From Octopus vulgaris (lineage: Eukaryota): a DNA stretch of 64,000 nt. The stretch spans positions 199,578,001 to 199,642,000 of the forward strand of contig OX597815.1 in NCBI GenBank assembly GCA_951406725.2, given 5' to 3'. Numbering within the stretch: position 1 is the first letter of the stretch; each line of letters starts with the position of its first letter. The notes beneath the pieces are model-generated. The model ran no database searches and had not been told where the DNA came from. It saw only the letters and a list, made by a program, of their open reading frames with translations. Positions 36,622 through 50,940 of this stretch are shown here, one piece after another. The position numbers and the translations under genes were made by a program.

Positions 36622-36922
36622 TTTGCCAGCACCGCCCCGTTTCGTGTCCGTTGCCAGCCTCGCCTGGCCCTCGTGCCGGTGGCACATAAAAAGCACCATC
36701 CGTTCGTGGCCGTTTGCCAGCTCTGTCTGGCACCTGTGCGGGTGGCACGTAAAAAGCACCCACTACACTCACGGAGTGGTTGGCGTTAGGAAGGGCATCC
36801 AGCTGTAGAAACACTGCCAGATTTGACTGGGCCTGATGAAGCCTTCTGGCTTCACAGACCCCAGTAGAACCGTCCAACCCATGCTAGCATGGAAAACGGA
36901 CGCTAAACGATGATGATGATGA
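36622..36922 (+). mobile_element. RTE 3' tail (family B)
   Basis: Family B units and (GAT)n. Confidence 0.85.
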
Positions 36923-37343
36923 TATGCTTGTATCTTATTTCTAAGAGTTCTCAACAATATTTTGATGCTTGTTCCCTACAAATTTTGGCTACATGTAGAA
37001 AGATGTCTGAGAGCTGTTTGAAAGGAAAAGCTATATGAAAAGGAAGAGGTGTAACTACTTTAGCAAATGTTATTAGACTAAATGTTTTGGTTGTCCTAGT
37101 CATTAGAAATATTTTTGAATTTCCAAATAATTACTTTGAATTGCTGCTTTGGTAGAAAAATCATCCAAATTATTTGAAATCATTGATTTATAAATGCTGG
37201 GTTTTTCATATAAATATGTACTTGATTTGTTTTTGGAGCGATTTTGTCGGATTGATATTTGATGTTGGTAAATATTTTTCTTTTTATTTAGTCTGTTGTT
37301 TAATTTCGCTTTTATCTAATCTGTTGTACTTTCTGTCTTTCAG

Positions 37344-37439
37344 CCTGGAAACGATCCTTATTGTTTTGTTGAGTTTTATGACCATACTTCAGCAGCTTCG
37401 GCTCTTGCAGCTTTGAATAAACGCTTTTGTATGGGACGG
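37344..37439 (+). CDS. TIA1/TIAL1: TIA-1/TIAR RRM1 exon ([32 protein letters not shown])
   Basis: 96 nt, ctttcag|..|gtaagt; RNP1 DPYCFVEF is diagnostic of TIA-1/TIAR RRM1. Confidence 0.96.
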
Positions 37440-40400
37440 GTAAGTTGTTTTTGCTGTCAACAGCCTTTTAAAAATCAATATTGAGATACAATGGTGGTCT
37501 TGCTTAGTCATCTATAGATTGGAAATGAATATATGTACTATTATATAGATATTCATAAATACACAAATTAAAAAAAAAATCAAAATCAGTCTTGTTTATA
37601 GAAGAATTAAAATACACACATGCTATATATTCTCATTTCTGTAAAGCTGTGTGTTTCTTAGCCAATCTATTCTTCTATAATTTCTAAGATACCAATAAAA
37701 TAAACATCACCTTTTCCATAATATTGTTGTAATACAAGGAATAAAAAAAAAACTCCAGTACATTGTGTGTGTGTTACAGTATATTGTAGCCAGCATTTTG
37801 TGATTCCAGTGTTCTGGGGTAAAGGAGAATTAAAATGCAACCATTCATTTCAGGTGATGAGAGATGAGATTGGTCTGTTAAAAAAGTAACTTCATTAGCC
37901 CCTGCTGAGTCTCCAAGTGAGCATAATTTATTGTAAATATAACTATATGGATATTTTATTTAATGTTATCACTTTGCTCAACTTTAATTGTTGTTTGAAA
38001 GCAGTTAAAATTTGAATAAAGTTTTCTCTATTTGAACTCTGTCTCATCTTTGAGACATTGTATTTAAATCTATTCTATTTTTCCCATGATTTTCATCATC
38101 TATTTCCACTGCACGAGCACAATTTTTGTGTGTGTTTCTATCAAGTGTACATCATCCATTCATTTTATATTCTCAATTCATATCCCATGAAGTTTTCTTG
38201 CAAATTAATGTTGCATATCCAATAAAAAGTATTCACAATTCATTCTGTACTACTCCTTGCAGATCACTATTTGGTGTCTCTCATTCTTAATCTACTTTTG
38301 TTTAGAGGGGAGTTTCTCACTTCAAATTCATGTCTATTGCCAATACCATCTCTAGATAGCTCTCAACTCACTTTCATAAGTTTCAATCCATGGAAGTAGA
38401 GCAAAAGGCTATGTTCTATCTATAATCCTCTGTACAGAATTCAGGCTTAACATAAGCTGCTCAACACTGAACAAGCTCTGCCAGCATTGCCACAACCATT
38501 ATTCATAGTAAAATATTTAGGATCACCAAAACAACCAGTGGAACATGGAATACAAATTGCCATTCTAAAAGAGTATTCTCTGTCAACAGAAACTGCTTAG
38601 AAAATTGAACCATTATTACATCATAGCATCAATCAAAATGGCATTGATTATATAGTTCTTGATTACACTGCCTTCATGCATCAAGCTTTAAGAATTAGGG
38701 GAACATGATGCAATTGAGAAGCTGCCTGAGAAAGTGGATTTCAACCTTCGGTGCTTTTTTCTTGTATGAAAACTGAAGGCTTTGTTTCTTGAAAGGTTAT
38801 TAAGTTATTGTTATATGATTCTTTGAATTCTGTACAAACCTCTTCATGTTCAGCTTATTTTGCTCTGTTCTCAAGGGTAATATTGGTCAGTCCTTTAAGT
38901 AGATTTGGCCAAATTTCACACTATTAATCAGTGTATGGCAGTGATCCAAGCTTTCTTTCAACTTTTATTTTTTTTACGCTAGATATAATAATGGGAATGA
39001 ACCACATTGCTCTTCAGTAACTGTCAGAGCCAAGAGCATGTTATGCTGTGGGGTTTTCCAGTAGCAACGTAGAATTATTGATGTTAATGCGCTTGCTTGT
39101 TCAACTTCAGAATGGGCAAATAAATGAAATAACTTATTTATTCTGCTATTTGTGACCTCCAAAATCATTCACTCAGTGTAATGAGCAGCTTCAGTAAAAA
39201 GACATTCAGTACTACTTAAGGAACTGAACATTGTTGCATCAACTTTTGTCAGTAAAAAGCCATTGCTTCCTCCGAATGTTTTTTTCATACTCCAGATACC
39301 TGCTCTTTTTCCCTGTGCAGTTTTGTGGTCCGTTTGCCAGGCTTGGCAAATGTACTTTCTTTATAGTTGTTTCCTTGCGTTTCCGTTTGTTTCATCAGAA
39401 GATTACAGAAGAAATCCGGAAGATTACAGAAGAAGATACCATGTTTGCTTTGAAAATAAATTTAATTTTCAAGAAAATGGATTAATGTGTTTTGGACAAG
39501 TTTCAATTTGTGTGTGTTAAGAGAGAGAGAGAGAGAGAAAAATGTCTGAAAAAATTTGTTTTGGTATTCAGGTGATTGAATGTTTGCACTGTTGAACATT
39601 TACATTAAAACTTAAGCCACGGGGTCCTCTTAACTCATGAAGATATATTAAAGTTTAGGTCATTTTTGGTTTCCAAAATGACTTAGAATTTTTTTTTTTT
39701 TCAAAAAAGAAAAGAAATTATATGCTTATGAGACACTAGTTTTTTTATTTTCCGTCCTGATTATTCATAATCTACCCAACATTTAATATTTTGTTTGACT
39801 GTATCTATCCATGTCTACTTGCTTTCACCTTGATGGAAATATATTTGAATAAATATATCCTTAATCATTAATATTTTCAACATGGTTACGTTAATGTGCA
39901 CGTGTGACACCGGGACATTTAGGTCATAACATTTCACCATCTGTTGCCAGGGTACACTTAAATTGAAGAGGAGATATGGCAGTTATTTTTAGGTGCATTT
40001 AATTTTCTGAGGTTTTAAGATGACAAAGATAATTGTGTGGGTGTAGAAATAGCTGAGTGATTAAGTTTCACAGCCATGAGGTCCTATTTATGCTATCTTA
40101 AGGAAGTGCATAAACCATAGCCTTGGTTTGACTCAGACCTTCAAGTGAATTTGAACTGATGGAAACTATATAGAAACCTATTGGATGCACTGTACTTGGT
40201 AATTCAGAGGCCCAGCCTTGTTGCACTTGTGTTGTGCTGATTCTGTGGAGAGTATATGCCTGTCTATAGAATGCTTATGCACTCCTTTGTACATTTCAAT
40301 GAGTAAGTTTTCCAGTTGAAGCAACCACCATGTGCCCATAATTTAAAATTGACCTGGGGATCCCTCACTCATAATTTGATGGAATGTTACATTTTTATTA

Positions 40401-40682
40401 GTTTACCACTGCCCATTTGCAATAATACAAAAAATATACCAACCATAAATTCTCAATTGATATTGCTATTTCCATTGCTAGAAGTCATCAAACTGATTGT
40501 TGTAAGGCTGTACAATTTGTGTCCCTATCAGTTGTAACCTATTCTGTGTTTTTCTTTCCTAATATGGCTTTCTTTGTGTATGATTTCCTTTACCGATGGG
40601 TTTTCTGAATTACTTTCCCATCCTCCTCCTAAATGCTATGTAGCCAAGATTGCTTAACAGTAAAGTAATATTATTTCCGATT

Positions 40683-41073
40683 GCACTGGTATCACAACTG
40701 CAATTTCCATTGATTTTTTTTTTTCTTTTTTTTTTATCGAAATCGATCAAAAATCAATGGAAATTGCAGTTGTGATACCAGTGCCGGTGGCATGTAAAAG
40801 AACCATCCTAACGTGGCCGTTGCCAGCACCGCCTCAACTGGCCTCCGTGTCGGTGGCACGTAAAAAGCACCAACCGATCGTTGCCAGCCTTGCCTGGCAC
40901 GTAAAAAACACCCACTACACTCATGGAGTGGTTGGCGTTAGGAAGGGCATCCAGCTGTAGAAACACTGCCTGATCAGACTGGGGCCTGGTGCAGCCTCCT
41001 GGCTTCCCAGATTCCAGTTGAACCGTCCAACCCATGCTAGCATGGAAAGTGGACGTTAAATGATGATGATGAT
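40683..41073 (+). mobile_element. RTE 3' tail (family B) with 5' fold-back inversion
   Basis: 36-bp perfect inverted repeat 40683-40718 / 40749-40784, then family B and (GAT)n. Confidence 0.85.
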
Positions 41074-41771
41074 ATGTACTGTTCTGATGACCGGGTATAA
41101 GTGGTTTCAGAACAGATATATTGTAATTGATCTATGTTACCTGTTTTGCATGTCCAGAGAAGTTTGCTTGGGTAGAGAAGAAAAAAAAAAAAAAAACTGA
41201 TTTAGTGGCTGACGCTTGTTTGTCACATTCTTTGAAATGTGTCAGTTTGCAGATATTAGCATGTAATTTAGCTTTTAGCTCCAGTTTCTGACCAAAAGCA
41301 CTGCCAACCTACATTTTTCTCTTTCTTACACATTATCTAAAACTATTATCTAATGTTTGTTTTTTTTTATATATATATTGAGGGTAATTTTGGCTGCTGT
41401 TGCTTTAGTCACTCAAGCATATTGATTGAGGATTCGTAGCCGGCACACAGATTGGTGAACATGTGTGAATTATCGTTTCATTTAAACTTTTTGTTGTGCC
41501 TTTATAATCTGATTCTGGGCCCTGTTGGAGTTGTACTAGTTGAGTAATAGTTGATTTCATTGGTTTGACCTTCTTTCCCATTAAGAAATCCTATTTGGTA
41601 TGTAAGACAATAGTAGATGAGAAAATGTAACCTTATCAGCCAACATTAAACTGTGCCAAAACCAACATACAACAGGTCTGGTGCAGCCTCCTGTCCGACC
41701 AGCTCCTGTCAAACCGTCCAACCCATGCCAGTGTAGAAGGCGGATGCTAAACAATGGTTGTTATTTTTTTA

Positions 41772-41966
41772 TTCTTTTACTTGTTTCAGTCATTTGACTG
41801 CGGCCATGCTGGAGCGCCGCCTTTAGTCGAGCAAATCGACCCTGGGACTTATTCTTTGTAAGCCCAGTACTTATACTATCGGTCTCTTTTGCCGAACCGC
41901 TAAGTGACGGGGACGTAAACACACCAGCATCGGTCGTCAAGCAATGCTAGGGGGGACAAACACAGG

Positions 41967-42008
<42 letters not shown>

Positions 42009-42169
42009 CGAGAGGCTTCTTTCAGTTTCCGTCTACCAAATCCACTCACAAGGCATTGGTCGGCCCAGGGCTATAGCAGAAGACACTTGCCCAAGATGCC
42101 ACGCAGTGGGACTGAACCCGGAACCATGTGTTTGGTTAGCAAGCCTCTTACCACACAGCCACTCCTGCG
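41772..42169 (-). mobile_element. Full-length SINE family A
   Basis: Same as 3745-4146. Confidence 0.88.
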
Positions 42170-45100
42170 GCTGTTAACTTGTTAATATTTTGTTCCCTGT
42201 ACTATTTTCCATGGGGGAGGGGTCTAATTTTGGACAAGCTGGATCAATCCATGTTTTTGACGATAATTTGATACCTTGAAGTATTTTACGTTCAGTTTTA
42301 CCTTGATCATCTCAGGTTCACTCAATAAGTTTCAGTATGTGTTATTCGTCTTCCCCACCCACCGGATTATGCTTACACTATAAATCATTTATTATGGTTG
42401 CTAGTAATTTTTTTGTTGTTTTAGATTTATTATGAAACTACTAAAATTAGCTCGTTATTAAAACTTTGTTGTGACTTGGAATTTTCGTGAAAATATTGAC
42501 TTTCCCTAAAGTTACTTTCATAAAGTTAAAACAGAAACTGATCCGAAACACCTACCACGACCACCTCCACCACACCATCTACCTGCCTTTTAGTTACTCA
42601 CCAGAAAAAAAAAAAAAAAAAGTTTATTAGGTCCTCTTATTTTTAGCCAGTTATTTTGTCTCAAAATTAAACTTGCTGACCCCTTGAATGTTTTGGGTTT
42701 GTCATTGTCAGTGGTTAATAAATGCATTGAAAACCAACAATTTGTTGATCAGACAAAACTAGAATAATTACTACTTCATTGCTGCTGCTTCTGCCACTGG
42801 CTCCTCTCTGTTTTCTCTTTTGTCCTCTCCCTTGTGATTGCTGCTGACTGCTTGGCTCTTGACTGCCTCCAATTCTCCGAAAGAGGGTGGCAGTGGTCTG
42901 CTTCAACACTTTTCTACCACCACTGTCTTTCTATCCTTTACAGTGTCAGTCAGCACTAGAATAATTTTATATAAGCTGTATATATATATATGTGTGTGTA
43001 TCAGTGTGTGCCAGTGTGTGAGAGTGTGTGGCTGAGAGAGAGAGAGACAGAGATAGAGCGAGTGAGAAAAGGAAAGAAAATAAGTAGAGAAGGATGAGTG
43101 CTTGTACAAAATTTAGCTCCAGGCATTAAACTGATGTAGTGGAGAGTGTGGGAGCTGTCAACTCTGCCCTTACTGCTGCATGGTTACTAGTTTTAAGCCA
43201 CCGGTTTGCTGCTGCTGCTTATCGGTATTGCTTTAGCTGCTGCTTCTATCTGTATCTATCACTATTAGTCTCGCGCAGTGCCTACTACCTAGTGTTCTGG
43301 TTGCTGCTGCTATTGTTGCCTGTTATATTCATCAGGCTCTAATGCCACAAGGATGCATCCTTACTACTTTGTGCAGTATTTACCTATTACACTTAAACAA
43401 GACCTGGTAAGTGAAGTTTTATTGCAAACAAAAAAAAAAAAAACTAAAAAAAAAAAAAAAGAAAAGAGGAAAAAAAAAAATTCTTTAAAACGATAATTGT
43501 ATATCATGTACTTGGATTTCCTGTTACCTTGTTTACTGCGGTTGATATGATTGCCGTTGGAAGTTTTTTCTCCAGACCATGTTCTTATTGGTTGGTCATT
43601 CAATTCAGTTGGTGTAATGTGTGTAATTGGATTACCCCAGTCACTTTAGATCTTATGTTTTATAAATATCAAAAGGAGTACCAAAAAAAAAAAAAAAAAA
43701 ACAACAGAAAGAAACGGTTTAGGTTAAGCTAAATTGGAATATGATATTAAGAGATCGAGTGAAATTGTGTTGCTTCTTTTTGTTTTTCTCGGGTTTACTG
43801 TTAGATTTTTGTACAATCTTCAGTAATATTTGATTCAGAGGTGAAATAAATTCTACTGCTAGCCTGTTCCCTTTTCCTTTCACTAGCAAAGCTGGAGATA
43901 AAGGATAAAGTAGAGGAGGGGAGGAGAGCTTTTCCTTTGTGTGTCCAAGCCGTATTGTATTTTGTTACTGCTTTATGTCTTTTGAAGGCTTTTCTGTGTA
44001 TCTTAATTTTTTTCTTTTTTGTGATTATATAGTTTTGACACTAGTTTATTCCTTTCAAAATGTGGTTGTAAATTTAAATGAAAGCAGTAGATCTGTGTGT
44101 TACGAGATCTCACAAAATCCTGTCTAATTTAATACCACGGCTAACTATTTTAAAGCTAAATTATCGAATAATCATTCACCCCATTATGAGTGAAATATTA
44201 AATTTGCTAATGCTTGGTTGTATTTCATGTATGAAAACTTATCCATACGCGGCGGCGATGGATAACTTCGTTTATTTCATAACCACATTTTCCGTTTCTT
44301 TGTAAATTTTTTTATCTGTATTCTTCTGTTTTACTTTTATTTTTGTCAATACGACATGCATTTATGAATTTGGTGATTGTTTCATCCTTGTTTCTTATTT
44401 GGTTCTACGTATTTAATAAATTCAATTCTGATTGGGCCCGGTTAAACTGTTTGCTCTTTACATAAAATACACACGCATATAAAAGGCTGTTGAGAGTAAC
44501 GCTGTGTTTCCTCTCAAGTTTTTGTTGTGATTCCTCTTGAGTTGTAACTAGAAATTTTGTTTTGGCCCTTAGCTCTGCTATCATTGGGCAGATCGATGGT
44601 CAGAGGTGTACCGGCCACGACCACCTTGCTTTAATATACATGAGAAGTACATTATCTCATGTATCCTCCAAGAAATTAGAATTTATTAACATAAAGGATC
44701 ATCTATTTCTAGCTGTTAGAGTAACCACTTAGTGGCTCTACTGTTAAAAAAAAATTTCTTCATGAGATCTAGTTAAGTTAGGCTTGGTTTGTGATTTTCA
44801 TTTTGTAACCTGTCTCATCTCAAAGCCGAAAGGTTTAATTTCAAAGTTTTGATAAAAATTATATTTTCCTCAATATTTCTATTTTTGTGATTATTTTTCT
44901 AAATATTTCTGTCTTTAAGTAGTTTATAGTAATAATATACGCAAGTTACTTTCACCTGTTATTCCAGTATCCCTCATTTTCTCTACGGACCTTTGTAGTT
45001 TTTAAGTGTAATGACTATTTTTCATGCTAGTAGTATCTCAACTGTGAATTCATCTGAATACGACGACTTTGTTGTTTTCTCATCTGATCAATGTGATGAA

Positions 45101-45337
45101 TCGTTTGATCTACTTCTTTTGTGTGTTTACTCACCATACTGTTTCCTTTTACTATTTTGCTGTTGGTCGATATTGATATTATTTAAAGCAAAAAGATGTG
45201 CATCATATTTATTTCATTGCATTGCCTTTCCAACAAATCTATATTATTAATAGGAATAATAAAAATAATAAAAAAAAACAAAAAAAAAAAGCATTCCAAT
45301 ATCGGTTTCTGTCATAATCAGCCTAGCCTCTTCCTTT

Positions 45338-45370
<33 letters not shown>

Positions 45371-48300
45371 ACTCATGCGTTTCCTCTCCCTCTCTTTCTC
45401 TTTCACTGCCAACATAACTTAATACTAGCTAACAGAAAAATCAGTTGCACTGTAGCATTATTTCAATACTTCTTAGCTAACTCGTATATCATTGCTGCTT
45501 TTATAGATTGATTTCATTATGAAATTGAGCGAATCGGATTCTTTTCCTTTTTTATTTGTTTGTCAGTGTTTGTAAATACTTGTGTGTGCGTCTGCATCCT
45601 TTTTTTAAACCAAGGGAAATAAGGCTGAACATTGATGTACTAAATATATAATTGTTAGGCTTTACCGTAACTAACTTTAATGTTTTCATAAGTTAACTAA
45701 CTAACACTAATCTGGGTCATATATTAGAAATGGTTGCCAGGTTTTCTTATTGTGTGTTTCGTGTTTAAATTTAGTTCTTGTTACAGAGATCATCTTTAAT
45801 TTGATTTAATAAAATAAAAATTTAAAAAAAAAATTTTTTTTTTTTTCCTCTCATCTGAAATGGATTTGGTCTTGTCTAGTTAAATTATTTTCATGTTATC
45901 AGATTTATATAGCAGCTACCTAATTTTAATCCTGTTTCTGACAAATCGAATTATTTGGCTGATAACTTTTTGAAATATGATTTTGACTGCGTTTACTTCA
46001 TACTATATTTTACATTGCAGTATTCTAGATTAATCCAGTTATACAAATCTTATTGACCATGTCTACGCATTTTCGCTTGTATATTTGTTTTATTTGATAC
46101 TTCGAATGTGTTAAGCTATTCTGATGCTTATACTTTTATACATTTGATGGATTAATTTGTCATTTGACATAATGTTATCACTTTCGCCATAAGACGTGGT
46201 AGTGAGTTGACTTAACTGATTGTAGTTATGTCTGCATTCTTAGTTCAGGTCTCAGCTCTGAACTGGTTAACTCCACATATTTATGGTCTTTTGCCAGTGT
46301 GAGGGTTGTTTCTCTTCTCATATGTCTTCAAATGCATTACACTCTTAATTTACATAAGTCTGAAGCGTCATCTATCTATGTATGTATGTATAGAAGAGGA
46401 TTTGCTCTCCTATTTTTTTATCTTTGATTTTGCACATTGGGGGGTTCGAATAAGTTACTGTGTACAATTTCATCGCTAAAAGTTAGAAATAGGTGAAGAC
46501 TAGACACCAGGGATCTTATATTTGCTGTTGTACTTATTTGCAATAACAATATTAAATAGAAGAGGAATGAGAAGGAATCTGTGATAAAGTTTGCTTGCAC
46601 TGTCTATCTTCATACTTCATTCTGAGTTCCAATCTCAGTGAGTTTGACTTCACCATTCAAGTGCTAATAATATATCAAGGTAGATTTAATTAACTTATTT
46701 TCCCTGCTTAGCAAAAATTAGTTTTGTCAACAACAGAAAAAGTCAATATTAAATGGAAGCTCTCTGGCATTTCTGTGATGAATAGTTAATTGCTTGACCT
46801 TTCATGATCAGAGATGTGTATCAATGGGTAATAAGACCTGTTGACCTTTTCCCAGAGATTCTGGTACCTGTGCACAACGTCTTGGTGAATTGAGACTTGA
46901 ATGTATCTGATGCCCTCTCCTTCTGAAATGGTTGCTGCAGATGTATGTAAACTTGCAGTGAATCAGGTGTGTGTGTGTAGAATGTTATCCACTTTGTCAT
47001 CAGCTAGAAATAAAAAAAAAACACCAACAAACTCAATTACTAACCCTTATAAGATCCACAAGAAAAAGCCTGCAATCTCTCTCCCTTTTCAACTGAAATA
47101 CTTATTGAAAAGTTAAAATTTGAGAGTGAGAAAGCTCAATTATTTTAGCCTCAGTTGGATAAGAGGTTAACATTTTTCTTGTTTATGAATTAAGTTTTAC
47201 TTTCCTTAGATTTTGCAATGCTCTTTGTAAGTAAATCCATTGATATTGAATTCTTGTAATATGTTGGACTTATTTCCTTAATAATTTCACAAGAATAACT
47301 TTAGTTTGGAGTTGGTTTCTAATTTTTTTATTAGACTGTTAATTCTTATGAAAGTGATAAAACTAGCTCTAACTTTTTTCTTTTTTTTTTTTTTTAAATA
47401 AAGTTGTCCTACTTGGCAAAGTGCTATCCTTTATTTGACTAGTTGGAAAAATCCCATTACTTAGCTTTTAGGATCGATCATTATTTTCAGCTTTGTTCAG
47501 TTCCGCCATCATATGATTTTAATGTACTGTGATGGTTTTCGATTGGTCTGACATACAGCATATTGCTGCAATTCACCATGGCCTTTTGTCAGCTCTTCTG
47601 TGAGATTCAGCTCCGGAAGTCTGACCTCACCGTTTCTTTTTGGTGATGTGGGTACCCCTCCGAAAACAAATTAGCTCGCGTGAATTTACTCATCATCCCA
47701 TTTTGGCGTTACAAATGAGATAGGAACAGAAAGTGTGTACTTGCACGCTTTACTCTAGTTCTCCGTGTCTGTCTGTAGGCCTGCCTCTCTCTCTCTTTCT
47801 CACACGCACACACACACAATCTCTCTCTCTCTCTCTATTTGTGAACATACTATTTGAAAATGAGTACTGTTTGTTGTACGAATTGAAATGGTTACTTGAA
47901 TGTTACCGGTTTTAGTATGTGGTTATTTTAACCTATATTTAAAAAAAATTTTTTTTTTTTTTTTCAAGCTTTAAAAAAAGTTAGATTGACAAGTGACAGA
48001 TCTATTTATTGCGTTGTGTAAACTCAACTTTTGTTGCATCTCTCTTTCGCATCCGTATCACATCAAGAAGTCACATGCTTTACATGTTACCTATATAAAT
48101 TAAATGGTCTCTTCTTCACCAATGTAATTGGACCAATAAATATTGATTCATATAAGAGAATTGTTTTAATTATAACCCGAACGAAATTGTTTGGTTTACT
48201 CCTCCCTTCCTCCCTTGTCACTCACTGTCTATTTGCCTGTGTGTTTCCACTGCAATAGAAATTTCAAGTGCAGTCTGGAAAGAAATCAATATTTCCATGT

Positions 48301-50850
48301 TGTGGGTTTCTGCTTGTCTTCCTGGCACATTTTCACAACTTGAGCACACACAAATACATTTTATATAATCTCATCTTGGCTGTCTAAATAGTGTGGTGCT
48401 CAATAAATGCTTTATCTTTTCCTTTTGCTTTACCCCCCCCCCTTTTTTTTTTACCCCCCAATACTTCACCTTATTAACAAACATTATTTAATGTTTGGTT
48501 ATTGATCCTGAAATATTATATAACAAATTAAGTTATCATCTTACTTCAAAGTTCTTTGTAAAGATATTTGCGATTCGTCTTCTTTCCCCGTCTCCCTTTA
48601 TCAACTAGTGATAATTTACAGCCGATTTCAACTTTTACAGATGTAAAAATTATAAATCTTAGTGTAAAAAAATCAACTTACATGAAAGCAATTTTATAAA
48701 TTAGTATATTTTGAAAAATGGTTAAATTTACATCTCTTTTACTCATCATCATCTCTAATTTCCTCTCCGGCTCTTTTGCTCTTAATTTCCCTCTTTCTCT
48801 CTCTGCATTTGCTCATTTTTTCTCCCTCTACATCACTTTCCACTTATCAATTGTCTGTCTCTGTCTATATATATCTTTCTGTCCTTTTCTCCATCGCTTG
48901 TGTCTCTTCGTTTCTCTTCCCACGTGTCTGTTTCTCTCTCCGTTTGTCTCTCTCTTCTTCTTCCTCCTCTTCGCTCTTCTCGCGTGTCTCTCCATCTCTC
49001 ACCCCACTTGTCTCCCTACGTCTCTCTGTCGCACTCTCTACATCTCATCTCTTTCTTTGATGCTCATCTCTTGTCAGTCACAAACTCCTCTGTCATACCC
49101 AGTTATTGTTTTATTCTCCTGTTATGAGCCGCCTCTCTCTCTCTCTCTCTCTCTCCTTCACTTGTACTACTTACTATGCTTCTCTCTTCCTCTCTTACTC
49201 ACATTTCTTTCTCTGTCATGCACACAGCTCTGTTCGTGCAGTTCTTCCTTTCTCCGTCGCTCTGCTTTCCGTTTCTCTTTTCATGTCCCCCTTCCTTTTC
49301 TATCTTATTATTCAGCAGTGTAGGTAATGCCTATTTTTTTCTTCTAAAGTGACATGACTCCTTACTGAACATTTCTAAAAGGGTGCTATATAATCAAATG
49401 AATTATGAATAGCATATTTTTTTTTTATGACTAATACGACTAAAAAAAAAAAAAAAAAAGAAATTCCATTTAATGTTTGATATAAAACTTGTTCCATATT
49501 TATGCCTGAGGATTCCAGCGGAATCTGCATTGAATTTGACAATATAGACAATATATTTTTAGTACACAGAGAATAATAGGGTTTTTTTTTTGTTTTTTTT
49601 TTAAACCAGAATATGTTAGTTAATTTTTTAATTCACTTTTTCTTACTTAGAAGAGAAGCCAACAACATTTAACAAAAACTTAAATACATTTTTCTACTTC
49701 ATATCTTAATGGAAATAATTTTGTTTCCAAAATCAGGTTACTACTTAGTAGAAGTGAGCATTAGGCGCGCGCACACACAAACACACACACATAATGTGGG
49801 GTAATGGTTTCCGAATAGAATAAGCTGGTTTCTTCAAAAAGTTTTGCTGTTGGCTTTGATATAATTTACAATTGTTAAGTCATGTTTTTGCTAATTATTT
49901 TCATATTCTGCCCAAATGTAGCAAATTAGTATTTTTTTTCTTTTCTTTATTTCGATTTCCTATGATTTAAAAACTTTGCGTTTCTTATTTCGCGTATTAA
50001 AAGCTTGTTTTAAAAGGAATCTCACAATAATTACATCTGTAGGCATGTTTTTTATGTGCAAAATATCCGTTCCCATTTGATTTCTTTCAGTTTGTAAACA
50101 TGCAAGAGAAATTTTCATAATGGATGTTAGAATAAAAATTTTTCTTAAAAACGCTCTGCTTTTAGTTATATCTGTTTACTATCTCTGTTGTAAATTTAGT
50201 CTCACAGGTAAATATACGTGTGTGAATGGCTTATTCTTGGATAAGCATAAGTTTCCTTTAAGAGATAGTTTTCTTTTCTTTCCTTCTATATAATCATTTA
50301 GTATTATTGCAGTTTTTTTTTAATTATTGCAGTGGCTCTTTTTGTATGTACGAAACATGGTTTTTGATAGTTGTGGGAGTGTGGTTGTTTCAACAACAGC
50401 AGTATAAGCATAGCATTTTGTGCATATGCTTTTCAGTTTGTCCTTGCGTTAGCAGCAGCAGTGGCAGCAGCAGCTACCATCAGTCCAGTCAAACCTGAGG
50501 TTAATGATGAACTAATGTGGATCACGCCTTCACAAGGAATTTAACAGCTCTCCTAGAATAGTCTTTGCATAACTCCGCCCACCATTGTCATAAGGATGAT
50601 CAGGGCTTTTCCCAATAGGATATGTTATCTCCCAGAAAAGAAAAACAGTCCATCAATGAATGTTGTATATAGAAATGGTTATTTCAGTTGTAACATTAAG
50701 TTGGGATTTCCTAATGTACACTGGGCTCAGTCAAATGCTTTTTTTTATATGCTTATGTTTTGTTGACTGACCTCAACGGAGTAAGGATATGCCTTATGTC
50801 TTTGCGACTGCTGGCAGCTAATTTATATTTTCATATTGTCCTTTAGCCAG

Positions 50851-50940
50851 GATCTACTACATTCTTCTTTCTTTCTTCCTTTGGATTATCATTAGTTTTA
50901 CTCAATAATGCTTATGGAAACTGCTACACAAACACCTCCG
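50851..50940 (+). CDS. Candidate internal alternative exon: in-frame start MLMETATQTPP (50908-50940) or poison exon
   Basis: Acceptors at 50846/50850, donor CCG|gtaaga, phase 0 with the exon at 53990. Confidence 0.45.

Noticed and set aside
37800-39230. Old minus-strand LINE remnant (similarly about 58600-59120 and 31170-31420)
   Set aside because: Composition is suggestive, but motifs are too decayed to call by eye
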